Shown: positions 21,501 through 31,158, counted from the stretch's first letter. The stretch is DNA of 64,000 nucleotides from Desulfatiglandales bacterium (GCA_963666345.1 OY762721.1:2400001-2464000); one strand, 5' to 3'. Numbers and translations: made by a program. Notes: generated by a model not told the origin, from the sequence alone.

Positions 21501-21682
21501 GTGCGGGCGCGCAGAAGGCGATAGGCACCTGCGTGCTGGGCGGCATGTTTACCGCGACCTTCCTGGCGGTTTTCTTTATACCTCTGTTTTTCGTGGTGGT
21601 GGTAAGGATCTTCGGTAGAAAGAAGGGCTCAAATGCGGATACGACTGACCCGGATGATACCGCAAAAGTGGAGGGATGCTGA
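18503..21682 (+). CDS. RND efflux pump, HAE1 family (AcrB/MexB-like)
   Basis: MLSRFFLDRPVFAWV, GLLVDDAIVVVENVER, KNAILIV and RLRPIIMTSLAF motifs. Confidence 0.96.
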   Translation: MLSRFFLDRPVFAWVIAIIMMLAGGLAIYTLPISQYPPIAPPSIAIEATYPGASAETVENTVIQIIEQKMTGFDKLIYMSATSDSAGSGRIELTFAPGTDPDLAWSKVQNKLQLAMASLPEVVQRQGVKVSKSTANYLLVVGLVSEDGSMDGNDLRDYAKSNVEKVLARVPGVGEVEAFGSQYAMRVWLDPDRLTDFHLTVEDVIGALRSYNVEVSAGAFGGAPAVKGQRLNSSIIVQNLLQTPEQFASVPIRTNPDGSVVRVSDVGRTELGTEFYGVEALFNGNPSAGLAVRQSAGANALDTADAIKNKMEELSNYFPAGMKVIYPYDTTPFVKVAIGEVVKTLLEAILLVFLVMYLFLGNMRATLIPTIAVPVVILGTFAVLSLFGFSINMLTMFAMVLAIGLLVDDAIVVVENVERVMAEEGLSPKEATRKSMGEITSALIGIGLVLSAVFGPMIFFAGSTGVIYRQFSVTIIASMLLSVAVALILTPVLCATLLKPVARGHSSSDNVFFLFRPFFRWFNRMFSMVRGRYQAMVGAMLAKRLRYLFCFLLIVVALGVLFQRMPTSYLPDEDQGILFSQVMLPTGSTLEQTDAVMDEVRKYFLEDEKEAVESCFTISGFSFSGQGQNMGMAFVQLKDWDLREKPALKVDALAKRAMGRFARIRNAMVFAFAPPSVIELGNAEGFDFELQDRGGIGHHALMSARNRLLGMAAADPRLTAVRPNGMEDQPQYRVDVDWEKAGTLGVPVSTIHNGISAAFGSAYVNDFIQGGRVKRVYVQADAPYRMLPDHLDKLYFRGNGGAMVPFSSVATGYWNQGSPRLERYNSFPALNIQGEPAPGVSSGDAMQAMEEIVSKLPRGTGFDWTGLSYQERMSTSQAPILYAVSILVIFLFLAALYESWTIPVSILLALPLGVVGGVLASSWRGMPNDVYFQIGLLTVLGLTTKNAILIVQFAQTKMEEGMDLIQATLEGARLRLRPIIMTSLAFGFGVLPLATATGAGAGAQKAIGTCVLGGMFTATFLAVFFIPLFFVVVVRIFGRKKGSNADTTDPDDTAKVEGC

Positions 21683-21683
21683 G

Positions 21684-23147
21684 ATGATACGCAGAATTAT
21701 CCCGTTTATGGGCATGGCCCTCTTATTTACAGGCTGCTCGCTTGCGCCTCAATACTCAAGGCCTCAGGCACCGGTCCCGGCCGGCCTGCCTGACGGGCCT
21801 GCATATGAAAACATTAAGGCGACCTCTTCTGCCCCGGCTGCCTGCGATATACCGTGGAGAGAGTTTTTCACCGACAATCGGATGCAGAGGGTCATTGAGA
21901 CAGCGCTTGAAAATAACCGCGACCTGAGGGTGGCCGCCCTGAAAGTTGAAAGGGCGCGGGCCTTGTACCGCATACAGCGCTCCGAGCTTCTGCCCAAGGT
22001 CTATGGGGATGGAAGCGGCGGCAAACAGCGCCTGCCTGCCGATCTCTCCGGTACCGGGCGTTCCGAGACGTTTGAGCAATACAGCGTCGGCCTGGGAGTT
22101 GCATCCTGGGAGATAGATTTTTTCGGGCGTATCAGGAGCCTTAAGCAAAAGGCCCTGCAGGAGTTCCTGTCCACGGAGCAGGCCCGGCACGCCGCAGAGA
22201 TACTGCTTGTCTCTGAAGTGGCCAATGCCTATCTGAGTCTGGCGGCGGACAGGGAAGACCTCAATCTGGCCCTTTCCACGCTCGATTCACAGAAGGGTTC
22301 CTACGACCTGATTGAACGGCGTTATGAGGTGGGTGTGGCGCAGATGCTGGAGCTTCGTCAGGCCCAGACCCGGGTGGATGCGGCAAGGGTCGATGTAGCC
22401 CTCTACACTCAGCTGGCTGCAAGGGATGAAAACGCCCTCAATCTATTGGCCGGATCCCGCGTAGAGCCGGAGCTTCTGCCCGATAGCCTGGATGATGTAA
22501 GACCGCCGAAGGATATTTCTTTTACGATCTCTTCTGAGGTGCTTCTGACCCGGCCGGACGTGCTTCAGGCGGAAAATTTCCTTAAGTCCGCAAACGCAAA
22601 CATTGGAGCCGCCCGGGCCGCCTTTTTCCCCCGCATCTCTCTTACGACCGCCTTTGGAACCGCAAGCGGCGAGCTGTCCGGGCTTTTCAAGGCAGGAAGC
22701 GCCTCCTGGAACTTTGCGCCCCAGATAGGGCTTCCGATCTTTGATCCGGGCGTATGGTCGCAACTAAAGGTGAGCAAGGTGGAAAGAAAGATCGCGGTTG
22801 CAGAGTATGAAAAGGCGATTCAGACCGCCTTCAGGGAGGTGGCCGATGCCCTGGCGCAGCGCGGTACCGTGGAAGAGCAACTGGAGGCGCAAAGTTCCCT
22901 GGTAGATGCCGCAGCTGAAACCTGCAGGCTTTCAAACGCCCTTTATACCAAGGGGATCGACAGCTACCTGGGCGTGCTTGATTCTCAACGCTCTCTATAC
23001 GCTTCCAGGCAGGGGTTGATCTCCGTCCGGCTTGCCCGGTTCACCAATCTGGTGAAACTCTATGCGGTGCTCGGTGGTGGCGCTTCTTCTACCGTCGTGT
23101 CATACAATAATTCGGGTAGTGACTTCGATACAGAAAAGTCAGGGTAG
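21684..23147 (+). CDS. Outer-membrane efflux lipoprotein (OprM/NodT-like)
   Basis: Lipobox LFTGCSLAP; ALENNRDLRVA, SWEIDFFGR and ANIGAARAAFFPRISLT motifs. Confidence 0.94.
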   Translation: MIRRIIPFMGMALLFTGCSLAPQYSRPQAPVPAGLPDGPAYENIKATSSAPAACDIPWREFFTDNRMQRVIETALENNRDLRVAALKVERARALYRIQRSELLPKVYGDGSGGKQRLPADLSGTGRSETFEQYSVGLGVASWEIDFFGRIRSLKQKALQEFLSTEQARHAAEILLVSEVANAYLSLAADREDLNLALSTLDSQKGSYDLIERRYEVGVAQMLELRQAQTRVDAARVDVALYTQLAARDENALNLLAGSRVEPELLPDSLDDVRPPKDISFTISSEVLLTRPDVLQAENFLKSANANIGAARAAFFPRISLTTAFGTASGELSGLFKAGSASWNFAPQIGLPIFDPGVWSQLKVSKVERKIAVAEYEKAIQTAFREVADALAQRGTVEEQLEAQSSLVDAAAETCRLSNALYTKGIDSYLGVLDSQRSLYASRQGLISVRLARFTNLVKLYAVLGGGASSTVVSYNNSGSDFDTEKSG

Positions 23148-23214
23148 AAGAGAGAATCAGGCGGTACATACAAGAATATTGTGAAACGCAATTCTTGACA
23201 TGCGGAGTTAAAAA

Positions 23215-23433
23215 ATGGAGCAGTTCAAACTCGAAGTTAGTAATGATTTGTCTGCCATGATTCAAGGCATGGGAAATGCCATTCGATCCAGGTGCCCCCG
23301 GTATGACAACGAAGGAAATAACAGACTCAGGCTCGTGCGTATGAGGGTGGGCAGGGGTGCTGTTGAATGCACCTATGAAACCTTTGACATGGAGTGGAGC
23401 ACAAAGGCAGATCGAACAGGGACCTTGTCCTGA
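23215..23433 (+). CDS. Small hypothetical protein (72 aa)
   Basis: ORF with GGAG RBS. Confidence 0.45.
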   Translation: MEQFKLEVSNDLSAMIQGMGNAIRSRCPRYDNEGNNRLRLVRMRVGRGAVECTYETFDMEWSTKADRTGTLS

Positions 23434-23483
23434 TGAAATGGATGTAACAGGCAGGGACCTTTGTATTACAGGGGGTCTCGCAG

Positions 23484-23663
23484 ATGAAAAAGATCGTCCT
23501 TGTGACTGGAAAGGATAAAGACTGCAGGAGTTTTATTGAACTGTTAAATGATCTTTTTCCGGAAACCGAAATCGAGGTTGTCCTTAAGGAGAGAAAAGAT
23601 GATTTCAGCAGTGAAGGCGCGCAGTATATACCGGCCCAGAACACCCCTGAGTTTCCTTCTTGA
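23484..23663 (+). CDS. Small hypothetical protein (59 aa, MKKIVLVTGKDKDCRSFIELLNDLFPETEIEVV...)
   Basis: Hand-translated ORF below the track cutoff; AGGGGG RBS; protein-like beta-alpha-beta pattern. Confidence 0.5.
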   Translation: MKKIVLVTGKDKDCRSFIELLNDLFPETEIEVVLKERKDDFSSEGAQYIPAQNTPEFPS

Positions 23664-23724
23664 AAGAAGGCGGGTCGAATTGAGGCTTGAAAAAAGGTTT
23701 CAGAACAACTTGAAAGGGGCTGAC

Positions 23725-24060
23725 ATGCAGGAGCTTGAGGGCCTGTCGTTCAACCGTTTGCTCAGCCTTGTCATAATAAGGCAGCGAGGTCCTCTGTCCC
23801 TTAGCGAGCTTGCCGATATCCTCAAGATATCGACTCCGTCGGCCTCCGCCCTGGTTGAGAAGTTATACCGGCTGAGGCTGGTTAAAAGGGTGCGGGCTTC
23901 AAAAGATCGCAGGAAGATAGAAATAGAAATCCCGGCCCATGCCTTAAAGGGTGTCTTTGCCGTTGAAAGGGCCATGACGCGCACCCTCTCAGAGATTGTT
24001 GACACGGTGGGAGAGGAAAACTTCTGGCTCTATCATGACCGGTTGTTTAAGGCCTCATAA
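23725..24060 (+). CDS. MarR-family regulator
   Basis: LSELADILKISTPSASALVEKL..LRLVKR...KDRR winged-HTH motif; start uncertain. Confidence 0.8.
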   Translation: MQELEGLSFNRLLSLVIIRQRGPLSLSELADILKISTPSASALVEKLYRLRLVKRVRASKDRRKIEIEIPAHALKGVFAVERAMTRTLSEIVDTVGEENFWLYHDRLFKAS

Positions 24061-24288
24061 AATGGCAATGGCCCGTGTGCAGGGGGGAAATAGCTGAATT
24101 CTCCCCCTGTCCGGTCTGTGAAACAGGCTCATGCTATTCCGGTGAACGTCCGGAAACGGCCCGTTTCGGGATAAAGGCTTTCAGGTATCAGCACGTGGCC
24201 GTTAGGTTGATATTCCATATGCTTTACAGAAGGCTGAGGTCTGATAACTGATAGCGTGAGTCCATAAATGTTAATTTATGGATGAGCA

Positions 24289-25419
24289 CTATTCCAGTAT
24301 ATGGATATTGTTCTTCGCGCATATCTCCTTGAGTATCCTGGGCCATACCGAGACGGTTACCTCTCCCAGGTGGGCGGTTCTGAGAAGGTACATAAACGTC
24401 CTTGACTGCCCTATGCCTCCCCCGATGCTGAGGGGGATGTCATCATTCAATATGGCCCGGTGATAGGGGAGCTTCAGGAAATCCTCCTGTCCGGCCATCT
24501 TGAGCTGCACCTTGAGGCTGTCCTTGGTTACCCTTATGCCCATGGATGTAAGCTCATGACGTCTTTTCGTGACCGGGTTCCACACGAGTATGTCGCCGTT
24601 GAGGCCGTGATACTGCTCGCCGTTTCTCATTATCGTTTCAGTGGCCCAGTCGTCATAGTCCGCGGCGCGCATTTCGTGAGGGTACCCGTCCTTGAGGGGC
24701 CAGCCTATTCCCGTTATGAAAAGGGCCTGGGCCTTTTCCATGAGCACGGTCGTCTCCCTCTGCTTGCGCGGCAAGTCGGGGTACATGTCAAGGAGTTCCT
24801 CGGCGTGAATGAATTCGATCTGTTCAGGGATCTCCGGATACTTGTCCGTCTTAAGTTGAGGAAACATGTCCTGAGCCATCTTTCCTGCGCCGTATATGAC
24901 CTTCCAGATTTTTTTTACGACATCCTTCAGAAAATCAAGGTTGCGGTCCTTTTCCGTAATCACCCTCTCCCAGTCCCACTGGTCGACGTAAGCGCTGTGA
25001 TCATGGTCAAGGAAGTAATCCTTTCTGACCGCCCTCATGTCCGTGCACAGCCCCTCGCCGATCTCACAGTCAAACTGTGTCAGTGCCATGCGCTTCCACT
25101 TGGTGGCTGCCTGAACGAGCTGTGCCTGTATCGGATTTTCAAGACCCAGGCCGCATGGAAACTCGACAGGCGTGCGGGAGCCGTCCCTGTCAAGGTAGTC
25201 ATTAATGCCGCTGTCCCTGTCAACGATAAGGGGAACCTGAACCATCTGCAGGTTGAGCTCCTTGCAGAGATTTTCCTCGATGTTGTTTTTCAAGGCAAAG
25301 ACCGCCTTCATCCTTTCCATTGGTGTAAGGAGTGCCTCATAGTCTTTGGGGAGATTTTTTTCAAGATCGCTGTAGTTTCCTATGCCCGGTCCTGCCAGAT
25401 CCGCTTTTTTGTCCGTCAT
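24289..25419 (-). CDS. asnA: Aspartate-ammonia ligase (asparagine synthetase A)
   Basis: TKWKR, TDMRAVR, HSAYVDQWDWE, RAADYDDW, LNGDILVWN and SIGGGIGQSR motifs. Confidence 0.95.
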   Translation of the reverse strand: MTDKKADLAGPGIGNYSDLEKNLPKDYEALLTPMERMKAVFALKNNIEENLCKELNLQMVQVPLIVDRDSGINDYLDRDGSRTPVEFPCGLGLENPIQAQLVQAATKWKRMALTQFDCEIGEGLCTDMRAVRKDYFLDHDHSAYVDQWDWERVITEKDRNLDFLKDVVKKIWKVIYGAGKMAQDMFPQLKTDKYPEIPEQIEFIHAEELLDMYPDLPRKQRETTVLMEKAQALFITGIGWPLKDGYPHEMRAADYDDWATETIMRNGEQYHGLNGDILVWNPVTKRRHELTSMGIRVTKDSLKVQLKMAGQEDFLKLPYHRAILNDDIPLSIGGGIGQSRTFMYLLRTAHLGEVTVSVWPRILKEICAKNNIHILE

Positions 25420-25750
25420 CTTTTGTCTGCTCCTGTTGTGTGGATAAATATGTCTGAAAGCAAAAAAGTTGTTGATATCCTCTTCTGCTATATTTTTCCC
25501 ATTGGCTGCGCCGGTAAGACAGTGCATCAAAGCGCTGCCGACATGCAGCCATAGGCGAATTAAAAATAATAGGGTCGATTTGGAATCAAAGGAATTTTTC
25601 CGAGGTAGGTACCTGAAAACATGCCTTTGTCTATCGAACATAAAGGGCATCCATAAGCGATTAATCATATAGAATATGATCTCGTTTTTATCAATATTAA
25701 AATGAAAAAGAAAATCCGTTGTTTCCATTCCCCTGACCCCTGGAATCCTT

Positions 25751-25787
25751 GAAACCGGGAACCAGCTGTGAAGCAGTGGGACTGAGC
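25751..25787 (+). repeat. REP-like repeat unit (same family as 11281-11381)
   Basis: GAAACCGGGAACCAGCTGTGAAGCAGTGGGACTGAGC; flanks also match the reverse complement of ~11250-11394. Confidence 0.7.
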
Positions 25788-26066
25788 AAAGCTAAGCGAG
25801 GGCGAAGAATCCTTGGATCCTTTAAAATTCCGCATATTAGTCCTTGCCCCCTTGTTTTAAATCACTTATACTTCATTGGGTCATTGCCTTTTTAACCTGT
25901 TTAAGGGTATGCGCGACCGGTTTCGAATCGTACCGCTCTTTTCAATAAAAAGCTTGTAACCTGAATTTCCGGATCATGAAAAAGGATCACCCTGTTGAGG
26001 TGTCTTCCTCAACGCTTTCTAAAGAGAGCAAAAACTGTGAACACTTTTGATCAAAGGAGGGTTACC

Positions 26067-26963
26067 ATGAAAAGGCTTATTTTTGTTTTGGTCTGCCTGG
26101 TATTTGTGCTCGGTCTTCTGGCGGTACCCGCGCTGGCCGGTTCCACCATGGATCAGATAGCCAAGACAGGCAAAATAAAGGTCGGATTCAGGGAGGGGTC
26201 GATCCCCTTCGCGTTCGTGGATCCGAAGGTGGGCAAGCATGTCGGTTTTTCCGTTGATATGGCAGGACTGCTCGCCGATAATCTGGGTAAAAGGTTCGGA
26301 AAGAAGATTGAAATCGTTCCCCACACCGTAACCCCCAAAACACGCATCCCCATGGTCGTAAACGGAACCATCGACGTTGAAACCGGTTCAACCACCTACA
26401 CACAGAAAAGAGAAGAACAGGCCGATTTCAGCATAGTCTTTTTCTTTTCAGAGACCACCTTCCTCGTTGCCAAGGCCGACAACATACAGAAGCTTGAAGA
26501 TTTAAACGGCAAAAGGGTGGGTGCGGCCAGGGGCACGACCAACCTGCGTGCCGTGGAGGCCCTTGCAAAAGAAGGCAAATTCACCCCCAAAGACATCGTT
26601 GTAACCGAGACCCATCCACAGGGTATGCTGGCGCTCAAAAGCGGAAAGATTGAGGCATACTCCACGGACCGGAGTCTTCTCGAAGGCATTCGCATGAAGG
26701 ACAAGGACCCTGACAAATGGATGACCACATCATTTGCGATCGCCTACGAGCCGTATGCCTATATCATGCGCGAGAACGATTCCGATTTCCGCGATTTCGT
26801 CAACAACACCATTATCTGGGCCATCAAAACGGGCAAGTTTCAGGAGTTTTATGAGAAATGGATGGGCCCCAGAGGGGTTGTCCCGATCCCCATGTCAAAG
26901 GCATACAGCGATTACCTGCAGATGATGGTATATCCGATTTCAGACGGCTGGTGGAAGAAATAA
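26067..26963 (+). CDS. Amino-acid ABC substrate-binding protein (GltI-like)
   Basis: Signal peptide; VGFREGSIPF, TPKTRIPMV.NGTID.E.GSTT and GTTN motifs. Confidence 0.9.
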   Translation: MKRLIFVLVCLVFVLGLLAVPALAGSTMDQIAKTGKIKVGFREGSIPFAFVDPKVGKHVGFSVDMAGLLADNLGKRFGKKIEIVPHTVTPKTRIPMVVNGTIDVETGSTTYTQKREEQADFSIVFFFSETTFLVAKADNIQKLEDLNGKRVGAARGTTNLRAVEALAKEGKFTPKDIVVTETHPQGMLALKSGKIEAYSTDRSLLEGIRMKDKDPDKWMTTSFAIAYEPYAYIMRENDSDFRDFVNNTIIWAIKTGKFQEFYEKWMGPRGVVPIPMSKAYSDYLQMMVYPISDGWWKK

Positions 26964-27027
26964 TTCATAATCGGGGAGGGGCCCCTCAAGGCCTCTCCCT
27001 CGTTCAGGGCACCTCCGGAGATTTTCG

Positions 27028-27744
27028 ATGGGTTTCAGTTATGACTTCGACTGGGGAGTTTTGTGGAGACAGCCCTATGGACTCTGGCTGCTGCAGGGTG
27101 TGTGGCTCACCGTCAAAATAGGTATAGTGTCCTGGATAATCGCCCTGAGCACCGGCATATTCATAGGCACGCTTAGAGTCACGCCGTGGCGCATACTGCG
27201 CTTTTTCGCAACCGCCTACACGGAAGTCTTCCGGAATGTTCCCTTCCTTGTTCAGCTCTTTTTCTGGTATTACGGCGGGCCGATGATATTCGGAGACACA
27301 CTCGGCCGCCAGATCAACCAGATATCGGGTCTTAATTTCTACGTGGCCATCTTCGCCCTGGGCATCTATACCGCCTCCAGGGTGGCGGAGCACATGCGGG
27401 CGGGATTCGCCTCCATCAGCAGGGAGCAGTACCAGGCGGTCCTGTCCACCGGAATGACCCAGTATCAGATGTACCGCCACGTGATTGTTCCATATGCTCT
27501 AAGGATCATACTCCCGCCGCTTACGACCGAATTTCTCACCATATTCAAAAATACCTCAATCGCCATGACCATCGGGGTGGCGGAACTCACCTTTATGAGT
27601 TACCGCATCGATGCGGAGACCTTTCACGGCCTTGAGGCTACCACAGGCGCCATGTTCATCTATCTTGTACTGGGCATGACAGTGGTGAAGGCGATGGGTA
27701 TTGTTGAAAAAAGATTCCGGATACCGGGAATGATAGGGAGGTAG
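27028..27744 (+). CDS. Amino-acid ABC permease (GltJ-like)
   Basis: YTEVFRNVPFLVQLF and FLTIFKNTS motifs. Confidence 0.9.
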   Translation: MGFSYDFDWGVLWRQPYGLWLLQGVWLTVKIGIVSWIIALSTGIFIGTLRVTPWRILRFFATAYTEVFRNVPFLVQLFFWYYGGPMIFGDTLGRQINQISGLNFYVAIFALGIYTASRVAEHMRAGFASISREQYQAVLSTGMTQYQMYRHVIVPYALRIILPPLTTEFLTIFKNTSIAMTIGVAELTFMSYRIDAETFHGLEATTGAMFIYLVLGMTVVKAMGIVEKRFRIPGMIGR

Positions 27745-27746
27745 CC

Positions 27747-28403
27747 ATGTTCGATGCCGTAATACGCAATCTCCCTTTCCTTATGGGCGGATTCAGGGTA
27801 ACGCTGCAGCTCACACTGTTCGCGCTCGCAGGTGGTATCCTGCTCGGGGCGATCGTGGGGCTTGCGCGCATCTCCCGGAACAGATGGATTTACCAGCCTG
27901 TGACCATTTATGTCAATTTTCTCAGGAACATGCCGCTTATCCTGGTCATCTTCTGGTTCTATTTCGTCATGCCGGTTTTCATCGGGAGACCCCTTAACCC
28001 CTTTTTATCGGCGGTCATCTCCTTTATCATCTTCGAGGCGACCTATTTCGGGGAGATATTCCGGGCGGGCTACCAGTCGATAAGCAGGGACCTGATAAAC
28101 GCGGCCTATTCCACGGGGCTCACCTATACCCAGACGGCCAGGTATGTCCTTATCCCGATTGCCTTTCGGCGAATGCTGCCCAGCCTTATCACCCAGTCGA
28201 TCGTGACCTTTCAGGATACGAGCCTGGCCTTTGTCATAGGTCTCCAGGAACTGGTGCGGCGTACATCGATCGTGGACAATCTGGAAGTGCGTTCCATCGA
28301 GCTTTTCAGCTTCGTGGCCCTGGTGTTTTTTGTCTTCTGTTTTATCGGGTCGAAGATTTCTCACCATTTTGAAGAAAAGGGAAGGCAGACGGGAATCCTA
28401 TGA
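27747..28403 (+). CDS. Amino-acid ABC permease (GltK-like)
   Basis: [16 protein letters not shown] and [11 protein letters not shown] motifs. Confidence 0.9.
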   Translation: MFDAVIRNLPFLMGGFRVTLQLTLFALAGGILLGAIVGLARISRNRWIYQPVTIYVNFLRNMPLILVIFWFYFVMPVFIGRPLNPFLSAVISFIIFEATYFGEIFRAGYQSISRDLINAAYSTGLTYTQTARYVLIPIAFRRMLPSLITQSIVTFQDTSLAFVIGLQELVRRTSIVDNLEVRSIELFSFVALVFFVFCFIGSKISHHFEEKGRQTGIL

Positions 28404-29125
28404 TAGAGATACATAATGTGAGCAAATGGTTCGGTGATTTCAGGGTCCTTACCGATGTAAACGAGATGATCGACAGGGGCCGGACGGTTGTCATCTGCGG
28501 CCCCAGCGGTTCGGGCAAGAGCACGCTGTTGAGGTGCGTGAACGGGCTAGAACCCTACCAGGAGGGAGAAATCATCGTGGACGGGATCTCTCTCAGTGAT
28601 TCCAGGACAAACCTCTATAGTCTGCGCCGGAAAATCGGTATGGTGTTCCAGCGTTTCGAACTTTATCCCCATATGCCTGTCCTGCGTAATATTACTCTCG
28701 CGCCCATGAAGGTGCTCAAGAAATCGAAGAAGGAGGCGGAGAAAAAGGCGATGGAACTGCTTGAAAGGGTCGGCATCAAGGAAAAAGTGGACGCCTATCC
28801 TGCCAACCTGTCCGGAGGGCAGCAGCAGCGGGTGGCCATCGCCCGGAGCCTGGCCATGGAGCCGAGCTATATGCTGTTCGATGAACCGACATCCGCGCTT
28901 GACCCGGAGATGATCAACGAAGTCCTGGACGTGATGATAGATCTGGCAAAGTCCGGTATGACCATGATTGTCGTCACCCACGAGATGGGTTTTGCCCGGG
29001 AGGTGGCGGACGAGATCATTTTCATGGATGAAGGCAGGATCGTTGAAAGGGGTACTGACGAGGACTTTTTCAAGAACCCCAAGAGCGATCGTACAAAAGC
29101 CTTTTTAAGCCAGATCCTGGTTTAA
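28400..29125 (+). CDS. Amino-acid ABC ATP-binding protein (GltL/GlnQ-like)
   Basis: [22 protein letters not shown] and [12 protein letters not shown] motifs. Confidence 0.95.
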   Translation: MIEIHNVSKWFGDFRVLTDVNEMIDRGRTVVICGPSGSGKSTLLRCVNGLEPYQEGEIIVDGISLSDSRTNLYSLRRKIGMVFQRFELYPHMPVLRNITLAPMKVLKKSKKEAEKKAMELLERVGIKEKVDAYPANLSGGQQQRVAIARSLAMEPSYMLFDEPTSALDPEMINEVLDVMIDLAKSGMTMIVVTHEMGFAREVADEIIFMDEGRIVERGTDEDFFKNPKSDRTKAFLSQILV

Positions 29126-29152
29126 ACTCCCAGCCGGGCAGGGAATATTGAT

Positions 29153-29866
29153 ATGGAAAAAAGTGTCGGAGTCCTTGGCGGCATGGGACCGGAGGCCACC
29201 CTTATATGTTTCAAAAGGATCATAAAGAACACTCCCGCCGGAAAAGACCAGGACCATATCCGTGTAATCATCGATTCAAACCCGAAGGTGCCGGACAGGA
29301 CCGAATCGATGCTTGAAAACGGCCCTTCCCCGGTCCCCCTTATGATTTCAGGCTGCAGGGCCCTTGAAAGGGCGGGGGCCGATTTTATCGTTATCCCATG
29401 TGTTACGGCCCATTTTTTCATCGATGAACTGAGGGCGGAAACGGATCTTCCGATCCTTTCCATACTGGATGCCTTTTCAGAGGCGGTTGAAAGAACAAAT
29501 CCTGAGATTGCAACCATCGGTCTCATGGGAACAAACGGCACCATTAAAAGCGGAATGTTTCAGAAAAGACTCGCACAGGCAGGCATCAAAACGATCATAT
29601 GCGACGATATGCATCAGGCACGGGTAATGGCCGCCATATATGATATCAAAAAGGGTGAAAGGGCGATAAGCGAAATCACGCCTGATCTTGAAGCGGCCGC
29701 TGAAAGCCTTGTTGAGCGGGGGGCTCAAGGGATTATCGCCGGATGCACGGAAATCCCCCTGGGCCTTTCACAGAAACATGTGTCCGTGCCCTTTTTCGAC
29801 TCCCTCCTCATACTCGCGCGCGCGGCCATCCGTGGCTGCGGCATCGAGCCTCTTCCCTCTTCCTAG
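29153..29866 (+). CDS. Aspartate/glutamate racemase family protein
   Basis: GVLGGMGPEAT plus two catalytic Cys motifs IPCVTAH and AGCTEIP. Confidence 0.92.
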   Translation: MEKSVGVLGGMGPEATLICFKRIIKNTPAGKDQDHIRVIIDSNPKVPDRTESMLENGPSPVPLMISGCRALERAGADFIVIPCVTAHFFIDELRAETDLPILSILDAFSEAVERTNPEIATIGLMGTNGTIKSGMFQKRLAQAGIKTIICDDMHQARVMAAIYDIKKGERAISEITPDLEAAAESLVERGAQGIIAGCTEIPLGLSQKHVSVPFFDSLLILARAAIRGCGIEPLPSS

Positions 29867-30399
29867 CCTTTTCCGGATATCTCTTTGGTATTATCCGCGC
29901 ACGCGCGATCTACAAAGTACGCCACTGCGATAGAGCCTGCCATCATGAAAATGGTGAGAGTGAGCACATAGATCCATCCGAAATATGAGATCATAAGGGG
30001 AAGAAGAAAGGGTTTTATGGCCCGGTTTGAAAGAAAAAGGGCTATATTTCTATTTCCCGCCCCCTTTCCCCTGAGCTCCTTTAAGAGCGGATACCAGGCA
30101 TATATGGGCCCGAATGAGATGATTCCCGCGGAGGCTGATAAAAGCGCCCCCTTTATCCCGCCTTTCTTTCCAAGAAGCCTCACCACATGAGATGCCTTGA
30201 GAAAATGATTCAGCAGGATCATGAGGCAGAAGACCATGCAGATCGGAAAGGAAATAGTCCTGAAGATTCTCATGCTTGAAGCAAGACAGAGCCGGGCCCT
30301 TTCAGGAGATACCAGAAAAAGGATCAGGTAGACAATGATGACGGATCCGAGAAAGACAATTCGAAAGGAAGGGGCCTTTTTTTTGACGGTGTGTGCCAT
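29863..30399 (-). CDS. Predicted permease (DUF318/ArsP-like half transporter)
   Basis: Hydrophobic; GIISFGPIYAWYPLLKELRGKGA motif. Confidence 0.75.
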   Translation of the reverse strand: MAHTVKKKAPSFRIVFLGSVIIVYLILFLVSPERARLCLASSMRIFRTISFPICMVFCLMILLNHFLKASHVVRLLGKKGGIKGALLSASAGIISFGPIYAWYPLLKELRGKGAGNRNIALFLSNRAIKPFLLPLMISYFGWIYVLTLTIFMMAGSIAVAYFVDRACADNTKEISGKG

Positions 30400-30401
30400 G
30401 A

Positions 30402-31157
30402 TCAGAAAATCCTCATTACCATGGCGGTTGCAAAGGCGATTGCGATGCTTGAGGCAAAGGAAACGCCGTTTCTGGTGAGGGCGAATCTTTTTCCGAGCGC
30501 GTCTATCTCGGCCGGCAGTTGAAAAATCCCCACGCTTACCCATGCGACCATAAAGGCGGTTACCGCGCCTATCCCAACACCGTTTTCAATAAGGGATCCG
30601 CCTATTATATAGCTGTTCACGGCATTTCCGGTAAAAAGGCTGCCCACGCAGGCGCCAAGGAGTGTGTTTACGGCCTCCCCGTTTGAAAAAAAGGCTGCCA
30701 GGAGCCCTTTTCCGACCAGTGCCTGAAACAGCCCGATCATAAGAACCACCCCCGCCATTACGGGGATGATGTTAAGAAACTGTCCAGCGGTTTTTTTGAC
30801 CGTCGGAAGGAACTCGTCAGGGGCCGGTTGTGAAGGCCCTGTATCCTTTTTGCCGAACCTTTCAAGGGCGTCCATGACGCCTCCTTCCACCTGCCTTATC
30901 ACGGTGATCCCGTTGTTAACGAGGTGCCTTTCGGCAGTGGGGCTTATGTACCCTGTGATAAGGAGATCGATCCCGTTGCCGATCGCAAGCACCACCCCGC
31001 TTATGCCTGCCTGGGAAGCAGAGGAGGCCCCCGGGTTGGCAACGGCCTCAAATTTCATGGTCTCGCTATCGACTACAAGAAGAAAGGGTGCCGTGCCGAA
31101 ACGGTCTGCGACCTGACCTTCAAGATCAGGCCTCTTTGCTGAAATTCCGATTTTCAT
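30402..31157 (-). CDS. NifB/NifX-like domain fused to a permease domain
   Basis: N-terminal MKIGISA...VADRFGTAPFLLVVD...NP...LITGYISP; C-terminal TM region ending VAWVSVGIFQLPAE..LGKRFA..RN. Confidence 0.75.
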   Translation of the reverse strand: MKIGISAKRPDLEGQVADRFGTAPFLLVVDSETMKFEAVANPGASSASQAGISGVVLAIGNGIDLLITGYISPTAERHLVNNGITVIRQVEGGVMDALERFGKKDTGPSQPAPDEFLPTVKKTAGQFLNIIPVMAGVVLMIGLFQALVGKGLLAAFFSNGEAVNTLLGACVGSLFTGNAVNSYIIGGSLIENGVGIGAVTAFMVAWVSVGIFQLPAEIDALGKRFALTRNGVSFASSIAIAFATAMVMRIF

Positions 31158-31158
31158 G

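Noticed and set aside
24460..25554. 364-aa plus-strand ORF
   Set aside because: Antisense shadow of asnA with no recognisable motifs.
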